Source: Halieaceae bacterium
Lineage (GTDB): Bacteria; Pseudomonadota; Gammaproteobacteria; Pseudomonadales; Halieaceae
Reading direction: 5' to 3'
Assembly: GCA_039989475.1 (NCBI GenBank)
Contig: JBDXHU010000009.1
Location: forward strand, 537,721-601,720
Length of the DNA: 64,000 bases
In this document: positions 54,457-63,546 of the stretch, in pieces
Numbering within the stretch: the stretch's first letter is position 1
Layout of the letters: each line of letters opens with the position of its first letter
Position numbers and translations under genes: made by a program
Notes under the pieces: model-generated
What the model saw: only the letters and a program-made list of their open reading frames with translations
Told to the model about the DNA's origin: nothing
Database searches by the model: none

Positions 54457-55687
54457 CCCCTCCCGCAAAAACCGTGTGCTGGCCATCGTCGCCATCGCTG
54501 GCCTGGCCACTACCGGCACCTTAATGGCTACCGCGCCGGAGCACGATGCCAGCGAGGTCGATGAAAAGGCCTGGCCGGTGACAACCATGGCGCTGCGCCC
54601 ACAAACCCTGGCGCCTGAATTGCGCTTGTTCGGTCGCGTCGAAACACCCCGTCATGCGCAGCTCACCGCGGCGATGACTGCAACCGTCGACACGCTCAAC
54701 GTCAGCGAAGGGGAACTGGTGGACCAGGGACAGGTACTGCTGGCCCTGGATGATGCCGACGAAGACCTGCGTTACCAGCAGCGAGCAGCCGACGCCGCCG
54801 AGGCACAAGCAGCGCTACAAACCACTCGCCAGCAACTGAAAGTGGACGAGGAGGTACTCAAGCATATGCGCGAATTGCACCAGCTGACCCTGAGCAAGCG
54901 CGCGCGGCTGCAGAAACTGGAACAGCAAAACCTGGTGGCCACAGAAAAACTGGAGGACACCCGCGCGCTGGTTGCGCGCCAGGCGATACAGTTGGCTGGA
55001 CAGCAGCTCAAGGTGGACAACCATCCGCAACAATTAGCCGTGGCCGAGGCCGCCCTGGCGCGGGCCAATGCCCTGCTGGAAGAGCAAGAGCTGCGCCTGT
55101 CGCGGACAGTCGTGGTCGCTCCCTTTCGCGGTCGCATTTCGCGCATTGCAGCTGCCCCGGGAGACCGTGTGCGAGAAGGGGAAATACTGCTGGAAATATA
55201 CGATACCGCCGCGCTGCAAGTGCGTGTAACCCTGCCGAGCAGCGCCGCCGATTCAATTAAGCAGGCACTGGCACGCGGCGAAGCTGTCAACGCACACACC
55301 GGCGATGGTTTCCGTACGCTGGAACTGCATCAATTGGCAGCCCAGGTGGAAAACGGACGTTCCGGAGTCGATGGCCTGTTCAAGGTTGAGGGCAGCGCCG
55401 AGAACCTGGAACTGGGCAAGGCCCTGGACATCACCGTGGTGATGCCGGCCGTCGATTCAGTGGCCGGCATCCCGGTGCAGAGCCTGTACGGTGATAACCG
55501 TGTTTACACCATCGTCGACGGACGCCTGCAAGGTATTGAAGTGGACACACTGGGACAGCGGGTCGACAGCGCGGGCAATGTGCAGCTACTGGTACGGCCC
55601 AATGGGCAAGCACTGGACGGCGACATTCTCACCACCAGCCTGCCACAAGCCAGCACCGGCCTCCGCGTCAACGTCATCAACGGCTAA
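54434..55687 (+). CDS. Efflux RND periplasmic adaptor (MFP/HlyD family)
   Basis: The track ORF is trimmed to MKFSLRINPSRKNRVLAIVAIAG (417 aa). Lipoyl-like segment GELVDQGQVLLALDD, a long coiled coil, and a beta-barrel segment. It overlaps the RND 3' end by 23 nt. Confidence 0.8.
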   Translation: MKFSLRINPSRKNRVLAIVAIAGLATTGTLMATAPEHDASEVDEKAWPVTTMALRPQTLAPELRLFGRVETPRHAQLTAAMTATVDTLNVSEGELVDQGQVLLALDDADEDLRYQQRAADAAEAQAALQTTRQQLKVDEEVLKHMRELHQLTLSKRARLQKLEQQNLVATEKLEDTRALVARQAIQLAGQQLKVDNHPQQLAVAEAALARANALLEEQELRLSRTVVVAPFRGRISRIAAAPGDRVREGEILLEIYDTAALQVRVTLPSSAADSIKQALARGEAVNAHTGDGFRTLELHQLAAQVENGRSGVDGLFKVEGSAENLELGKALDITVVMPAVDSVAGIPVQSLYGDNRVYTIVDGRLQGIEVDTLGQRVDSAGNVQLLVRPNGQALDGDILTTSLPQASTGLRVNVING

Positions 55688-55710
55688 CCACTGCCCCCCT
55701 GGCACACCCT

Positions 55711-55881
55711 CACCTCTGACCCCGCTGGGGTCAGACCCCATTCACGCCTGCGCGGCCCGCTCCGACCCCATTCACCTCCGACCCCAGTGGGGTCTGACCC
55801 CATTCACCTCCGACCCCAGCCACCTCCGACCCCAGCCACCTCCGACCCCACTCACCTCCGACCCCAGTGGGGTCTGACCCC
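55711..55881. repeat. REP-like array of the same family and orientation as 50531-50710 (units GACCCCA(T/G/C)(T/C)CACCTCC, same 30-nt variant unit)
   Basis: GACCCC recurs at 55718, 55734, 55764, 55780, 55796, 55812, 55828, 55844, 55860 and 55876. The exact 37-mer GACCCCATTCACGCCTGCGCGGCCCGCTCCGACCCCA lies at 55734-55770. Confidence 0.9.
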
Positions 55882-55962
55882 AGGGGAAGTTGGGGAGACA
55901 GGTTGTGAAAAACAGGCTACTTTATGTATCTGTAAGCAAACCTGCATAACGGAGAATAAGAA

Positions 55963-56790
55963 ATGCCTGAGAATATCGACATACAAGCCTTGATGAATGA
56001 CTACGTGATGCCCTGGGGTATCAATATCGCCATGGCGGTCATCATCTTCATTATTGGTCGCATGGTGGTTGGCATGGTCGTCAACCTGTGCAAGAAGCTG
56101 ATGCTGCGCGCCAGCATGGACGAAATGCTGGTCGGTTTTGTCGGCTCCATACTGCGCTGGGTGTTGTTGCTCTTCGTTATTGTCGCAGCCCTGGATCAAC
56201 TCGGCGTTAACACCACTTCACTGGTTGCCCTGCTCGGTGCTGCCGGTCTGGCAATTGGCCTGTCACTGCAAAGCTCGCTGGGCAATTTTGCCGCCGGGGT
56301 GATGCTGATAGTCTTCCGTCCGTTCCAGAAGGGTGATTTTGTCGAGATCGCCGGTACCGCCGGTGTTGTGCAACAAATCGGTATTTTCACCTCCACCCTG
56401 GCCACACCGGACAACAAGGAAATCATCGTCCCCAACGGCGCCATCTATAACGGCAGCATCACCAACTTCTCCGCGCGCGATACGCGCCGGGTGGACATGG
56501 TGTTCGGCATTGGATACGGCGATGACATCAAGCGGGCCAAGCAGGTTCTGACTGAGATCATCAGCGCCGATGAACGCGTGCTCAAGGATCCGGAGCCGGT
56601 AATCGCGCTGGGCTCACTGGGCGAATCCAGTGTCGACTTCCTGGTACGTCCCTGGGTTAACAGCGCCGACTACTGGGCGGTGATGTGGGATACCAATGAA
56701 AAGGTCAAGGAGCGCTTCGACGCTGAAGGCATCTCCATCCCCTTCCCGCAAATGGATCTTCACATCGACTCGGACGCCGATAAAGACTGA
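55963..56790 (+). CDS. mscS: Small-conductance mechanosensitive channel (MscS family)
   Basis: 275 aa with three N-terminal TM helices. The pore-helix region LGAAGLAIGLSLQSSLGNFAAGVMLIVFRPF is strongly MscS-like. Confidence 0.85.
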   Translation: MPENIDIQALMNDYVMPWGINIAMAVIIFIIGRMVVGMVVNLCKKLMLRASMDEMLVGFVGSILRWVLLLFVIVAALDQLGVNTTSLVALLGAAGLAIGLSLQSSLGNFAAGVMLIVFRPFQKGDFVEIAGTAGVVQQIGIFTSTLATPDNKEIIVPNGAIYNGSITNFSARDTRRVDMVFGIGYGDDIKRAKQVLTEIISADERVLKDPEPVIALGSLGESSVDFLVRPWVNSADYWAVMWDTNEKVKERFDAEGISIPFPQMDLHIDSDADKD

Positions 56791-56791
56791 C

Positions 56792-57895
56792 ATGCGCGCA
56801 GCAATACTGGAAGAAGCGGGTAAGCCTCTTGTAGTACGTGACGATGTAGAGATCATTGAACCCCGTGCCGGCGAGGTGCGGGTGCGGGTCAAATACTGTG
56901 GCCTGTGCCACTCCGACCTGGGCATCGTCGATGGCACCATGCCCATGGCCGCCTTCCCGATTATTCTCGGTCACGAGGCGGCCGGCGTCATCGACTGTGT
57001 CGGTGCGGGTGTCGAGGGCCTGGCTCCCGGTGACCCGGTTGTGCTGACACCGGTACCGCCCTGCGGGCGCTGCTACTACTGCCAACGCCAGCAGCACAGT
57101 CTCTGCGTCAATGGTATGAACATCATGACCAACACCTTCCAGGACGGCAGCACCGGCCTGTCACTGGACGGCGAGGTCGTGTGGCGCGGGCTGGGCGTGG
57201 CGGCCCTGGCCGAGTACGTGGTGGCTCCCGCCAGCGGCGCTATCAAGGTTGACCCCGACATACCCCTGGATGTCGCCTGCGTCATCGGCTGCGCCCTGCA
57301 AACCGGTGTCGGCGCAGTGCTCAATACGGCCCGGGTCGAGGAAGGCGCCACGGTGTTGATCATGGGCGCCGGCGGCATTGGCATTTCAGCGGTACAGGGC
57401 GCACGCCTGGCCGGTGCCTCCACCATCCTGGTCTCGGATCCCAACCCGGCCCGTCGCGAGGCCGCCCTCAGCTTTGGCGCCACTGACACCATCGACCCTA
57501 CCAAAAGCGATGTCATCGCCCATTGCCTGGCAATTACCGACAGCATCGGCATGGATTACGCCTTTGAGACCGCCGGTGTGGCCGCGTTGATCGAAACCGG
57601 CTTCAACGCCATTCGCAATGGCGGCAAGGTGACCTGTGTCGGCGCACCGCCCCTGGAGGATTCCATTACCATCCCCAGCGCGGTGGTATTCGCCATCTCG
57701 GAAAAGCAGATTTGCGGCTGTTTGCTGGGCAGCTGCAACAGCCTGCAGGAAATTCCACGGCTGATTCGGCTGTGGCAGGCCGGCAAACTGGACCTGGACG
57801 GCATGGTCACCGCGCGCCGACCGCTGGCGGAAGTGAACGAGGGTTTCGCCGATCTTGCAGCCGGAAAAGGAATAAGAACAGTTCTGGAAATATGA
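56792..57895 (+). CDS. Zinc-dependent alcohol dehydrogenase (MDR)
   Basis: Trimmed to MRAAILEEAGKPL (367 aa). Zn motif CGLCHSD, structural-Zn Cys cluster CGRCYYC, and Rossmann GAGGIG. Confidence 0.88.
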   Translation: MRAAILEEAGKPLVVRDDVEIIEPRAGEVRVRVKYCGLCHSDLGIVDGTMPMAAFPIILGHEAAGVIDCVGAGVEGLAPGDPVVLTPVPPCGRCYYCQRQQHSLCVNGMNIMTNTFQDGSTGLSLDGEVVWRGLGVAALAEYVVAPASGAIKVDPDIPLDVACVIGCALQTGVGAVLNTARVEEGATVLIMGAGGIGISAVQGARLAGASTILVSDPNPARREAALSFGATDTIDPTKSDVIAHCLAITDSIGMDYAFETAGVAALIETGFNAIRNGGKVTCVGAPPLEDSITIPSAVVFAISEKQICGCLLGSCNSLQEIPRLIRLWQAGKLDLDGMVTARRPLAEVNEGFADLAAGKGIRTVLEI

Positions 57896-58075
57896 ATTTA
57901 GAATAAAAACTAAGCCAAGTTGCCTGATTTCTAAAAAGAGAACTGCTTCACAGAACTGTTTTATTACCCAAATTTAATCCCGATCCGGGTTCTATGCGTA
58001 TTAAAATCAACGAGTTGCGTCGCGAACGCCCTATGGGGGGCGTCGTTTGTGCGCAAGCGCGAGGGATTTTGACCC

Positions 58076-59404
58076 GTGGCTGCTTTAACTTTACGAAAAT
58101 TTACCCCGGTGCTGATGGTCGTTGTCGCCCTGATGATAGCCGCTCTGCTGATCATGAGTCGGCCGGAAACGGTGATCGCCCCGGCTGAGCCCGCGGTTGC
58201 CATTGTCGACGTAGCGGAAGTGCAGATGCAGGATCTGCGCATCCCGGTGCAGGCCCAGGGCACCGTGTCACCACACCGCGACACCACCCTGGTGTCCGAG
58301 GTCGGCGGCAAGATTGTCGAAGTGTCGCCCAGCTTTAACGCCGGTGGCTACGTGGCAGCGGGTGATGTGCTGGTACAAATTGATCAGCGGGATTACCAGG
58401 CCGCCGTGCTGCGTGCTCGCGCCGCGGTGGAAACCGCAGAGAGCAACCTGGCCCAGGAGAAAGGCCGCGCCGAGGTGGCCTTCAAGGAGTGGCAGCGACA
58501 ATCCAAGACGATCAAGCGCAGCGAAGATGCGCGCTCCCTGTACCTGCGCAAACCACAGCTGGAACAGGCTGAGGCCCAGTTATTGTCCGCCCAGGCCGAC
58601 CTGAGCAAGGCCCAGGACGACCTGGATCGCACGACCATTCGCGCCCCCTATGACTGCCTGATTCAGGAAAAGCGCAGCGACCTGGGTCAGTACGTGGGCC
58701 CAGGCACCCAGGTAGCACGCATCTTCTCGGTGGACTACGCCGAAGTGCGTCTGGCTATCCCCCAGAGCAAGCTACCTTATCTTGATCTGCCCGGCATCAG
58801 CGGCTACGCCAGCGGCCAGCAGCCGATGGTAGACCTTTATACTGATGTTTCCGGTGTCATCACCCACTGGATCGGCAAGCTGGATCGCACCGAGGCCACA
58901 ATCGATGAACGCTCCCGGGTACTGTTCACCGTGGCCCGGATTGACGACCCCTACGCGATTCAAGTCGGTGATTCCGAGCCGCTGCGGGTTGGTACGTTTG
59001 TTAAGGCCAACATCACCGGCCGCGCAATGAGCGACCTGGTGGTACTGCCCCGCTACGTTCTGCGCACCGGCAACCAGCTCTGGGTGGTCGACGAGCAAAT
59101 GACACTGCGCAACAGACAAGTAACCACCCTGCGTACCGAGGGTGACGATATTTACGTCAACAGCGGATTGCAGAACGGCGACCTGGTGTCCCTGACCACG
59201 CTCAGTGACGCATTGCCTGGCATGTCAGTGCGCATTAACAAGCGCACAAGCACACTGCAGCAACCACAGTTAATGGAGGCCGCCGGTGCCGCCGGCAATG
59301 ATCAGCCCGACGCAGATGCCAGCGATGCTGAACTCCCGGCCGACGCGACCCTGCCGGACCAGACTGCCAACGATAACGGAAGCGGCAGCACCAACGCAGC
59401 ATGA
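58076..59404 (+). CDS. Efflux RND periplasmic adaptor (MFP)
   Basis: 442 aa from a GTG start. TM anchor, lipoyl-like GDVLVQIDQRDY, coiled coil, and an acidic low-complexity C-terminal tail. 4-nt overlap with the RND gene. Confidence 0.8.
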   Translation: MAALTLRKFTPVLMVVVALMIAALLIMSRPETVIAPAEPAVAIVDVAEVQMQDLRIPVQAQGTVSPHRDTTLVSEVGGKIVEVSPSFNAGGYVAAGDVLVQIDQRDYQAAVLRARAAVETAESNLAQEKGRAEVAFKEWQRQSKTIKRSEDARSLYLRKPQLEQAEAQLLSAQADLSKAQDDLDRTTIRAPYDCLIQEKRSDLGQYVGPGTQVARIFSVDYAEVRLAIPQSKLPYLDLPGISGYASGQQPMVDLYTDVSGVITHWIGKLDRTEATIDERSRVLFTVARIDDPYAIQVGDSEPLRVGTFVKANITGRAMSDLVVLPRYVLRTGNQLWVVDEQMTLRNRQVTTLRTEGDDIYVNSGLQNGDLVSLTTLSDALPGMSVRINKRTSTLQQPQLMEAAGAAGNDQPDADASDAELPADATLPDQTANDNGSGSTNAA

Positions 59405-62400
59405 ACAACCCACAGCACAAGGGCATCATCGCCTGGTTCGCGCACAACCCGGTGGCATCCAACCTGTTAATGCTGGTCATTATCGCGGTAGGCCTGCTCT
59501 CCGCCTTTACCATCAAGCGCACCATGATGCCGGAATTTGAAATCGACATTATCTCGATTTCCATCCCCTACCCGGGCGCTGCACCGGAAGAAGTAGAACA
59601 GGGCATTGTCCTCAAGATCGAGGAAGCGCTGGCCGACCTGGAGGGAATCCAGCGCATTGAATCTGACGCGCTGGAGTCGGTGGCCCGCATTATCATCGAG
59701 CCGGAAAACGAAGACGACGTCATCGAGCTGATGAACGATGTGAAGAACCGCGTCGACGCTATTTCAGCGTTTCCCGAGGGCGCGGAGAAACCGATCATCG
59801 GCCGCGTCGAGCTGCCAATACAGGCGCTGATGATCCAGATCGCCGGCGACCTGGACGAGCGCAGCATGAAAGAGATGGCGGAGGAGATCAAGCTCGACCT
59901 GATCTCAGACCCGGATGTGTCCTCGGTCAATATCTGGGGCGCCCGGGATTACGAAATCGCCATCGAGATCTCTGAACACCGCCTGCAGGAGTATCACCTG
60001 ACGCTGGGCGAAGTGGCCAATATCGTCGCCGCCTCCTCCATTGACCTGCCCGGTGGTTCGGTGCGCACGGAAAACGGCGACATTATGCTGCGTACCCGCG
60101 GCCAGGCTTATCACCAGGCCGATTTCGAAGCTATCGTGTTGCAGACCTTCCCGGACGGCACCCGTTTGCTGCTGGGCGACATCGCCACCATCGAAGACGG
60201 CTTTACCGATACCAGCGGCTTCGCCATGTTTAACGGCAAGTATTCGATCGGCCTGCCCATTATGGCGATGGGCGCCCAGGATATTATCGACGCCGCCGAT
60301 GCCGCCAAGGCCTACGTCGCCCGAAAAAATGAAACCCTGCCCGATGGCATTGAGCTAACTATCTGGTCTGACTTCAGTTACTACCTGGATGAACGCCTGG
60401 GCATGATGATGAAGAACCTCACCATGGGTGCCCTGGTGGTATTCGTGGTGCTGGCATTATTCCTGGAGATCAAGCTGGCCTTCTGGGTAATGGTCGGCAT
60501 TCCCATTTGCTTCCTTGGCTCTATCGCGGTCTTCGGTTCTCCCTGGGTCGGCGGCACACTCAATATTGTCAGCGCCTTCGCCTTCATCCTGGTGCTGGGT
60601 ATCGTGGTAGACGACGCTATTATCATTGGCGAAGCCGCCTACACAGAGCAGGAGGAGCACGGCCACAGTGTGGACTCAATCGTCAATGGCGCCCTGCGTG
60701 TAGCCACTCCTGCGACCTTTGGCGTGCTCACCACCATTGTCGCCTTTATGCCAACCCTGTTTATCGACGGCGGTCTCGCTGTATTCGGTGAAGCCATCGG
60801 CTGGGTGGTCGTATTTTGCCTGGCCTTCTCTCTGATCGAATCCAAGTGGATCCTGCCGGCCCACCTGGCCCACAGCAAACCCGCCAGCGCCGGCTGGCTG
60901 CTCGCGATAGATCACCTGCAGGAGGGCGTGAACCGCCGCCTGCGGCATTTCGTTGAATACCGCTACCGGCCCTTCGTGGAAAAATGCGTGCGCAATCGCT
61001 ACATCACCGCCGCCGTATTCCTGAGCATGTTGATACTGACCATCGGTATTATCGGCGGCGGCAAAGTACGCGTGGTCATGCAGCCGCAAACCGAGGGCGA
61101 GTTCATACAGATGGACCTGCGCATGACCGAGGGTACGCCGCAGCGTCGCACCCTTGAGGTCATGGGTATCATCAACCAGGCCATGCAGGAGCTGGATCAG
61201 GAATACCGCAGCAAGAACAACGACGAGCCACTGCTGGCCTATACCTTCGCCTACGGCCAGGGCCTGACCGAGGGCTTTATGCTGGCGGAACTGGTGAAGT
61301 CAGAGCAACGCAGCCTGGGTACCAAGCAGGCCATGCTGGCGTGGCGGGATAAGGTCGGGGAGATACCCGGCACGGAAGTGCTGTCGTTCCGCTCCGACGA
61401 CGGACCCAATTTCGGCCCCGACATTGCCTTCGACCTGGGCCATAGCAACTGGGAATCATTGCAGGCAGCGACGCTGGAAATAGAGGCCAAGCTCAAGGAG
61501 TACTATGGCCTGTATGACATCCAGAGTAATGTCAGCTCGGTCTCCGACGAATTTCACATCGACATCAAGCCCGAGGCGGAAGCCCTGGGTATCACGCGCT
61601 TCGACCTGGGCTCCCAGGTGCGCCACGCCTTTTACGGTGCTGAGGCACAGCGCATTCAGCGTGAAACCCATGAGATCAAGGTCATGGTGCGCTATCCCAG
61701 GGAAGATCGTCGCACCACCAGCAGCCTGGAAGGCATGTTTATCCGCACGCCCGGTGGTGATGCCGTACCCTTTAATTCGGTGGCCAGCCTCGAGGTCAAA
61801 CCCGGCTTCAACAAGACCACGCGCATCGATTTCCAGCGCGCGGTTGAGATCAGCGCCGAGGCTGAATCAGACCGGGTTGAACCGGGTCGCATCAGCGATG
61901 AGATGCTCAATAGTTTCCTGCCTGAACTGGCGAAGAAGTACCCGGGGCTGACCTATAAGCTGTCAGGCATGTCGGAAGAAGAGGTGAAACTGGCGCGCAG
62001 CATGACCATAGGCTTCGCGCTGGCCCTGTTCGGTATTTACTCTTTGCTGGCCATTCCCACCCGCTCCTATATGCAACCGCTGATCATCATGGGCGTCATC
62101 CCCTTCGGGATCATCGGCGCGGTGTTTGGCCACATGCTCACCGGTTATAACGTCAGCATGATGTCATTGATGGGCATTATCGCCCTGTCCGGGGTGGTGG
62201 TGAATGACAGCCTGATCATGGTGGACCACGTCAACCGTAACGTGCGCGAAGGCGTGGCACGTCACGAGGCGGCGGTCATGGCCGGGGTCAAACGTTTCCG
62301 CGCCATCATGCTCACCTCGCTGACAACCTTCTGCGGCCTGGTGCCAATGCTGCTGGAAGACAGCACCCAGGCCAAGGTCATCATCCCGATGGCGATTTCC

Positions 62401-62568
62401 CTGGCCTTCGGTATTGTCTTCGCCACGGTGATTACCCTGCTACTGGTGCCTTCCCTGTACATGATCCTGGACGACATCAACCGCCTGTTCGGCTTCGATG
62501 AAACAGAAGATGACGAAGGGGCAGCCGCCGTTACCGGGCCCGCTACTGAGGCAGGTAAGGCAGTATAA
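59401..62568 (+). CDS. RND efflux transporter, inner-membrane permease
   Basis: 1055 aa. IVVDDAIIIGE and GVVVNDSLIMVD motifs. 12-TM pattern. Confidence 0.9.
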   Translation: MNNPQHKGIIAWFAHNPVASNLLMLVIIAVGLLSAFTIKRTMMPEFEIDIISISIPYPGAAPEEVEQGIVLKIEEALADLEGIQRIESDALESVARIIIEPENEDDVIELMNDVKNRVDAISAFPEGAEKPIIGRVELPIQALMIQIAGDLDERSMKEMAEEIKLDLISDPDVSSVNIWGARDYEIAIEISEHRLQEYHLTLGEVANIVAASSIDLPGGSVRTENGDIMLRTRGQAYHQADFEAIVLQTFPDGTRLLLGDIATIEDGFTDTSGFAMFNGKYSIGLPIMAMGAQDIIDAADAAKAYVARKNETLPDGIELTIWSDFSYYLDERLGMMMKNLTMGALVVFVVLALFLEIKLAFWVMVGIPICFLGSIAVFGSPWVGGTLNIVSAFAFILVLGIVVDDAIIIGEAAYTEQEEHGHSVDSIVNGALRVATPATFGVLTTIVAFMPTLFIDGGLAVFGEAIGWVVVFCLAFSLIESKWILPAHLAHSKPASAGWLLAIDHLQEGVNRRLRHFVEYRYRPFVEKCVRNRYITAAVFLSMLILTIGIIGGGKVRVVMQPQTEGEFIQMDLRMTEGTPQRRTLEVMGIINQAMQELDQEYRSKNNDEPLLAYTFAYGQGLTEGFMLAELVKSEQRSLGTKQAMLAWRDKVGEIPGTEVLSFRSDDGPNFGPDIAFDLGHSNWESLQAATLEIEAKLKEYYGLYDIQSNVSSVSDEFHIDIKPEAEALGITRFDLGSQVRHAFYGAEAQRIQRETHEIKVMVRYPREDRRTTSSLEGMFIRTPGGDAVPFNSVASLEVKPGFNKTTRIDFQRAVEISAEAESDRVEPGRISDEMLNSFLPELAKKYPGLTYKLSGMSEEEVKLARSMTIGFALALFGIYSLLAIPTRSYMQPLIIMGVIPFGIIGAVFGHMLTGYNVSMMSLMGIIALSGVVVNDSLIMVDHVNRNVREGVARHEAAVMAGVKRFRAIMLTSLTTFCGLVPMLLEDSTQAKVIIPMAISLAFGIVFATVITLLLVPSLYMILDDINRLFGFDETEDDEGAAAVTGPATEAGKAV

Positions 62569-62597
62569 GAATCGCGGCACAGGGTGTGGTAGCCGCT

Positions 62598-62966
62598 TCA
62601 GGCTACAAGGTAGGGAAGAAACACCAACAGGCCCAGCGCTGCCGCCACCACAGCACAGACTAATACCCCGGCCGCCGCCACGTCCTTGGCCTTGCCAATA
62701 AGCGGGTGCGCGTCCGGCATTACCGCGTCGCAAACATACTCCAGTGCCGTGTTGAGCGCTTCCGCCAACCAGACCAGGGCGATAGCCACTAACAGCACCA
62801 CCCAGTCCAGCCGGCTCACCTCAAGTACCAGGGCCAGAGCCAGAACCAGCACGGTTGCCAGCAGATGGATACGGCTGTTGTGCTGCTCGCGCAGCAAGGT
62901 CAGCAGCCCGCGCAGGGCGTGGCGAAAACTGGCCAGCCGCGCGGTGATACTGAATGCCTCGCCCAC
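62598..62966 (-). CDS. dgkA: Diacylglycerol kinase (prokaryotic DgkA family)
   Basis: 122 aa with 3 TM helices. EALNTALEYVCDAV and GKAKDVAAAGVL motifs. Confidence 0.85.
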   Translation of the reverse strand: MGEAFSITARLASFRHALRGLLTLLREQHNSRIHLLATVLVLALALVLEVSRLDWVVLLVAIALVWLAEALNTALEYVCDAVMPDAHPLIGKAKDVAAAGVLVCAVVAAALGLLVFLPYLVA

Positions 62967-62969
62967 GCC

Positions 62970-63536
62970 CTATTCCCGCGACATGTAACGGGCTTCCAGG
63001 GTATTCACCTTGACCCGCTCGCCTGACTCCAGGTACTCCGGCACCTGGATCACCAGGCCGGTGGAACAGGTGGCGGGCTTGGTGCGCGCCGAGGCTGACG
63101 CACCCTTGATACCCGGGGCCGTATCCACAATTTCCAACACCACCGACTGGGGTAATTCCACCCCGATCAGGCTGCCGTCAACAATCATTCCGATAATGCC
63201 CTGCAGGCCATCGGTGATGTAGTGCACCTGTTCACCGAGACTTTCGGCTGACAGCATGTGCTGGCTGTAATCTTCCTCGTCCATGAACACATACTCATCA
63301 CCATCCAGGTAGGAGTACTGCAACTGGCGCCGCTCAAGGTCGATATCGCCGAGCATGTCTTCGCCTTTATAGGTCTCATCCAGCTTCTGTTTGGTGCGGG
63401 CATGATTGAAGCGCACCTTGTACAAGGTATTGGCCCCGCGGCTGGAAGGCGCCTTCATATCAATGTGGTTAACGATATAGGGCTCGCCATTAATCTCCAC
63501 CACGCTGCCGCGTTTCAAATCACTGGCCTTGGGCAT
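62970..63536 (-). CDS. yeiP: Elongation factor P-like protein YeiP (EfpL)
   Basis: Trimmed to MPKASDLKRGSVVEINGEPY (188 aa). Near-collinear with E. coli YeiP as remembered, including VDTAPGIKGASASARTKPATCSTGLVIQVPEY. Confidence 0.88.
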   Translation of the reverse strand: MPKASDLKRGSVVEINGEPYIVNHIDMKAPSSRGANTLYKVRFNHARTKQKLDETYKGEDMLGDIDLERRQLQYSYLDGDEYVFMDEEDYSQHMLSAESLGEQVHYITDGLQGIIGMIVDGSLIGVELPQSVVLEIVDTAPGIKGASASARTKPATCSTGLVIQVPEYLESGERVKVNTLEARYMSRE

Positions 63537-63546
63537 ACTGCTCTCC

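Noticed and set aside
62589-62606. 6-bp hairpin GTAGCC-N6-GGCTAC between the RND and dgkA genes, considered as a bidirectional terminator.
   Set aside because: The stem is short, there is no U-tract, and it overlaps the dgkA stop codon. This is too weak to call.
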